From Gaiellales bacterium (GTDB lineage Bacteria; Actinomycetota; Thermoleophilia; Gaiellales; Gaiellaceae), in assembly GCA_046330455.1 (NCBI GenBank), contig JAXLSU010000006.1:73601-137600 (forward strand): DNA of 64,000 bases. Direction: 5' to 3'. The position numbers and the translations under genes are program-made. The notes under the pieces were generated by a model. It did no database searches and was not told the origin of the DNA. It saw only the letters and a program-made list of their open reading frames with translations. Below, one piece after another: positions 62,006 through 64,000 of this stretch. Each line of letters begins with the position of its first letter. Position 1 is the first letter of the stretch.

Positions 62006-63514
62006 GGTGGGAGGCAGCGCCTGCCCGTTGCGGGCGTCGATCTGCCGGCCGCGCTCGGCCTGGTCGGACGGTTCCTCAAGTACTTCGCGGTCACGTTCGC
62101 CTTCCCGACCGTGCTCGCGCTCGGCTACGGCGATCCCGTCTGGCCGTTTCTCGCGGCCGCGGGCATCACCGTCGCGGCCGGGGCGGCGCTGCAGTACGGC
62201 TTCGGGAGCCACCGCACGATCGGTCTGCGCGAGGGTTTCCTCGTCGTCTCCCTGACCTGGGCGCTCACCGCCTGGGCGGTCGCCCTCCCGTACCTGCTCG
62301 GCGAGCCTCAGCTTCGCAACCCCGTGAACGCGTACTTCGAGGCGATGTCCGGGATGACGACCACGGGCGCGAGCACGCTCACCGACCTCCCGGCGGTCGA
62401 CCACTCGATGATGATGTGGCGCCAGTTCTCCCAGTGGCTCGGCGGCATGGGCATCGTCGTGCTCGGCCTCGCCGTGCTGCCGCGCCTGCGCGTCGCCGGG
62501 CGCCAGCTCGTCGAGAGCGAGATGCCCGGCCCCGAGTACGAGCCGCTCACGGCGCGGATCCGGGACACCGCGCGGCGGTACTGGCTCGTCTACGTCGGGC
62601 TGACCGCGCTGATGGTGCTCGTCCTCTCGTGCTTCGGCTGGAGCGGCGTCGACCCGCTCATGTCGGAGTTCCAGGCTGCGGCGCACGCGTTCACGACGCT
62701 TCCGACGGGCGGCTTCGGGACCCAGCCGACCTCGATCGCGTCGTTCGCGCCGGCCAGCCAGTGGGTGATCGCGCTCTTCATGGCCCTCGGAGGTGTCAAC
62801 TTCGCCCTCCACTACCGGGCGGTCGTTCGCCGCGCCAACCCGTTCCGCGACGAGGAGCTGCGGTACTACCTCGGCTTCCTCCTCGCCGGCGCGCTCGTGC
62901 TGTTCCTCGAGCTCGTTCGCTCGGGGATCTTCGAGCCCGGCGAGGCCGCGATCCGAGCGGCCGTGGTCCAGGCCGTCTCGATCATGACGACAACCGGGTT
63001 TGCGAGCCAGGACTTCGCGCTCTGGACGAGCCTCACGTGGGTGACGCTCACGGGCCTCATGCTGATCGGCGGCTCGGCGGGCTCGACGGGCGGCGCCATC
63101 AAGGTCGTTCGGTGGGTGCTGATCGGCAAGCTCGTCGCCCGCGAGCTCGACCAGACGCTCCACGGCGAGGCGGTCGTCCCCGTTCGCCTGAACAGGCGTC
63201 CGGTCGACGAGAAGACCCTCCGTGCGATCCTCGCCTTCGGGATCGTCTACCTGGTGCTGTTCCTCGTGGGAGCGTTCGTGCTCATGATCGACGCGGCCGT
63301 GACCGGGAGCGGCCTGCGCCCGATCGACGCGATCGGGGCCTCGGCGACGACGATCGGCAACGTCGGGCCGGCGTTCGGGTTCGCCGGGCCGATGGGGTCG
63401 TTCGAGCCGTTCAGCGACTTCGCAACCTCGGTGATGGTCGTCCTCATGTGGGTCGGGCGGCTCGAGATCATCCCGATCGCGGTGCTCCTGACCCGCCGGT
63501 ACTGGCGTGCGTGA
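61997..63514 (+). CDS. trkH: TrkH-family potassium transporter subunit (copy 2)
   Basis: Collinear with copy 1 and clearly paralogous (…FPTVLALGYGDPVWPFL…, …SGMTTTGAST…, …IMTTTGFAS…, …GNVGPAFG…). Confidence 0.85.
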   Translation: MRSGGRQRLPVAGVDLPAALGLVGRFLKYFAVTFAFPTVLALGYGDPVWPFLAAAGITVAAGAALQYGFGSHRTIGLREGFLVVSLTWALTAWAVALPYLLGEPQLRNPVNAYFEAMSGMTTTGASTLTDLPAVDHSMMMWRQFSQWLGGMGIVVLGLAVLPRLRVAGRQLVESEMPGPEYEPLTARIRDTARRYWLVYVGLTALMVLVLSCFGWSGVDPLMSEFQAAAHAFTTLPTGGFGTQPTSIASFAPASQWVIALFMALGGVNFALHYRAVVRRANPFRDEELRYYLGFLLAGALVLFLELVRSGIFEPGEAAIRAAVVQAVSIMTTTGFASQDFALWTSLTWVTLTGLMLIGGSAGSTGGAIKVVRWVLIGKLVARELDQTLHGEAVVPVRLNRRPVDEKTLRAILAFGIVYLVLFLVGAFVLMIDAAVTGSGLRPIDAIGASATTIGNVGPAFGFAGPMGSFEPFSDFATSVMVVLMWVGRLEIIPIAVLLTRRYWRA

Positions 63515-64000
63515 GCTCGGCGCCCTGCTGGCCCACCCGGCCCGGCTCGTCTCGCTTGCGTTCGCCACCGTGATCCTCGCCGGCGCCGGCATGCTGATGA
63601 TTCCCGCCGCCACTGCCGGCCCCGGCGGCGCCTCGTTCCTCGAGGCGGTGTTCACGTCGACGTCGGCGGTCTGCGTGACGGGGCTGATCGTCGTCGACAC
63701 CGCGACGTACTGGAGCGACTTCGGCCAGGCCGTCGTGATGGTGCTCGTCCAGATCGGCGGGTTCGGGATCATGACGCTCGCCTCGGTGCTCGCCCTGGTC
63801 GTCGCCCGCCGCCTCGGGCTTCGCTCGCGCCTGATCGCCCAGGCCGAGACCGGGGCGCTCGATCTCGGCGACGTCCGCCGGATCCTCGTCGGTGTCGCTG
63901 CGTTCAGCCTCCTGTTCGAGTCGATCGCAGCGATCGTCCTCACGCTGCGCTTCGCGCTCGCCTACGACTTCCCGGTCGGATCGGCGATCTGGCACGGCGT
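63507..64000 (+). CDS. third TrkH/KtrB-family cation transporter subunit, N-terminal part (runs off the window)
   Basis: It is not in the ORF track because the frame is open-ended. GTG 63507 overlaps the previous stop by 8 nt. The translation is VRELGALLAHPARLVSLAFATVILAGAGMLMIP…FLEAVFTSTSAVCVTGLIVVDT…QIGGFGIMTL…. Confidence 0.7.
   Translation, partial: MRELGALLAHPARLVSLAFATVILAGAGMLMIPAATAGPGGASFLEAVFTSTSAVCVTGLIVVDTATYWSDFGQAVVMVLVQIGGFGIMTLASVLALVVARRLGLRSRLIAQAETGALDLGDVRRILVGVAAFSLLFESIAAIVLTLRFALAYDFPVGSAIWHG

Overview
This is a very GC-rich, gene-dense bacterial chromosome segment; third codon positions are almost always G/C. It has actinobacterial-type hallmarks: many GTG starts, ATGA/GTGA stop-start overlaps, TACAAT-like -10 boxes and several apparently leaderless genes. 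All calls come from reading the ORF translations and the DNA by eye. No similarity search was run, so family names rest on recognised motifs. I can support about 65 protein genes, 3 tRNAs, one IS110-family element, several gene remnants and a family of short GC-rich hairpin repeats.

Left to right:
- eda fragment, then two MFS transporters flanking an orphan XDH/CoxL-type molybdopterin subunit.
- A ~19-kb LacI-associated catabolic locus. It has two CUT1-type ABC importers without their own ATPase and one MsiK-like ATPase. Its enzymes are three SDRs, two enolase-superfamily enzymes, a fumarate-lyase-family enzyme, and M24, VOC and mutarotase-like proteins. A vapBC module and a gene remnant interrupt it.
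- tRNA-Ala, then a 976-aa secreted protein with an internal duplication, then an S11 DD-carboxypeptidase.
- An acyl-CoA mutase large subunit with the isobutyryl-CoA-mutase residue signature, a presenilin/SPP-like membrane protein, and PPK2.
- copZ-copA-csoR with a recognisable operator, then VanW.
- A 1144-aa GspE/PilB-type ATPase carrying two MshEN-like domains.
- DUF47-Pit, PhoU, a divergently arranged HK/RR pair and a 3 x 11-nt Pho-box-like repeat.
- An IS110 element beside two tRNA-Ser genes and decayed gene fragments.
- Orphan GroES-like and FabF genes, then trkA followed by three TrkH/KtrB paralogues.

I saw no CRISPR array, rRNA or dedicated defence island. The most unusual items are the GspE variant, the duplicated secreted protein, the presenilin-like protein, the hairpin-repeat family with its IS110 association, and the composite catabolic locus.
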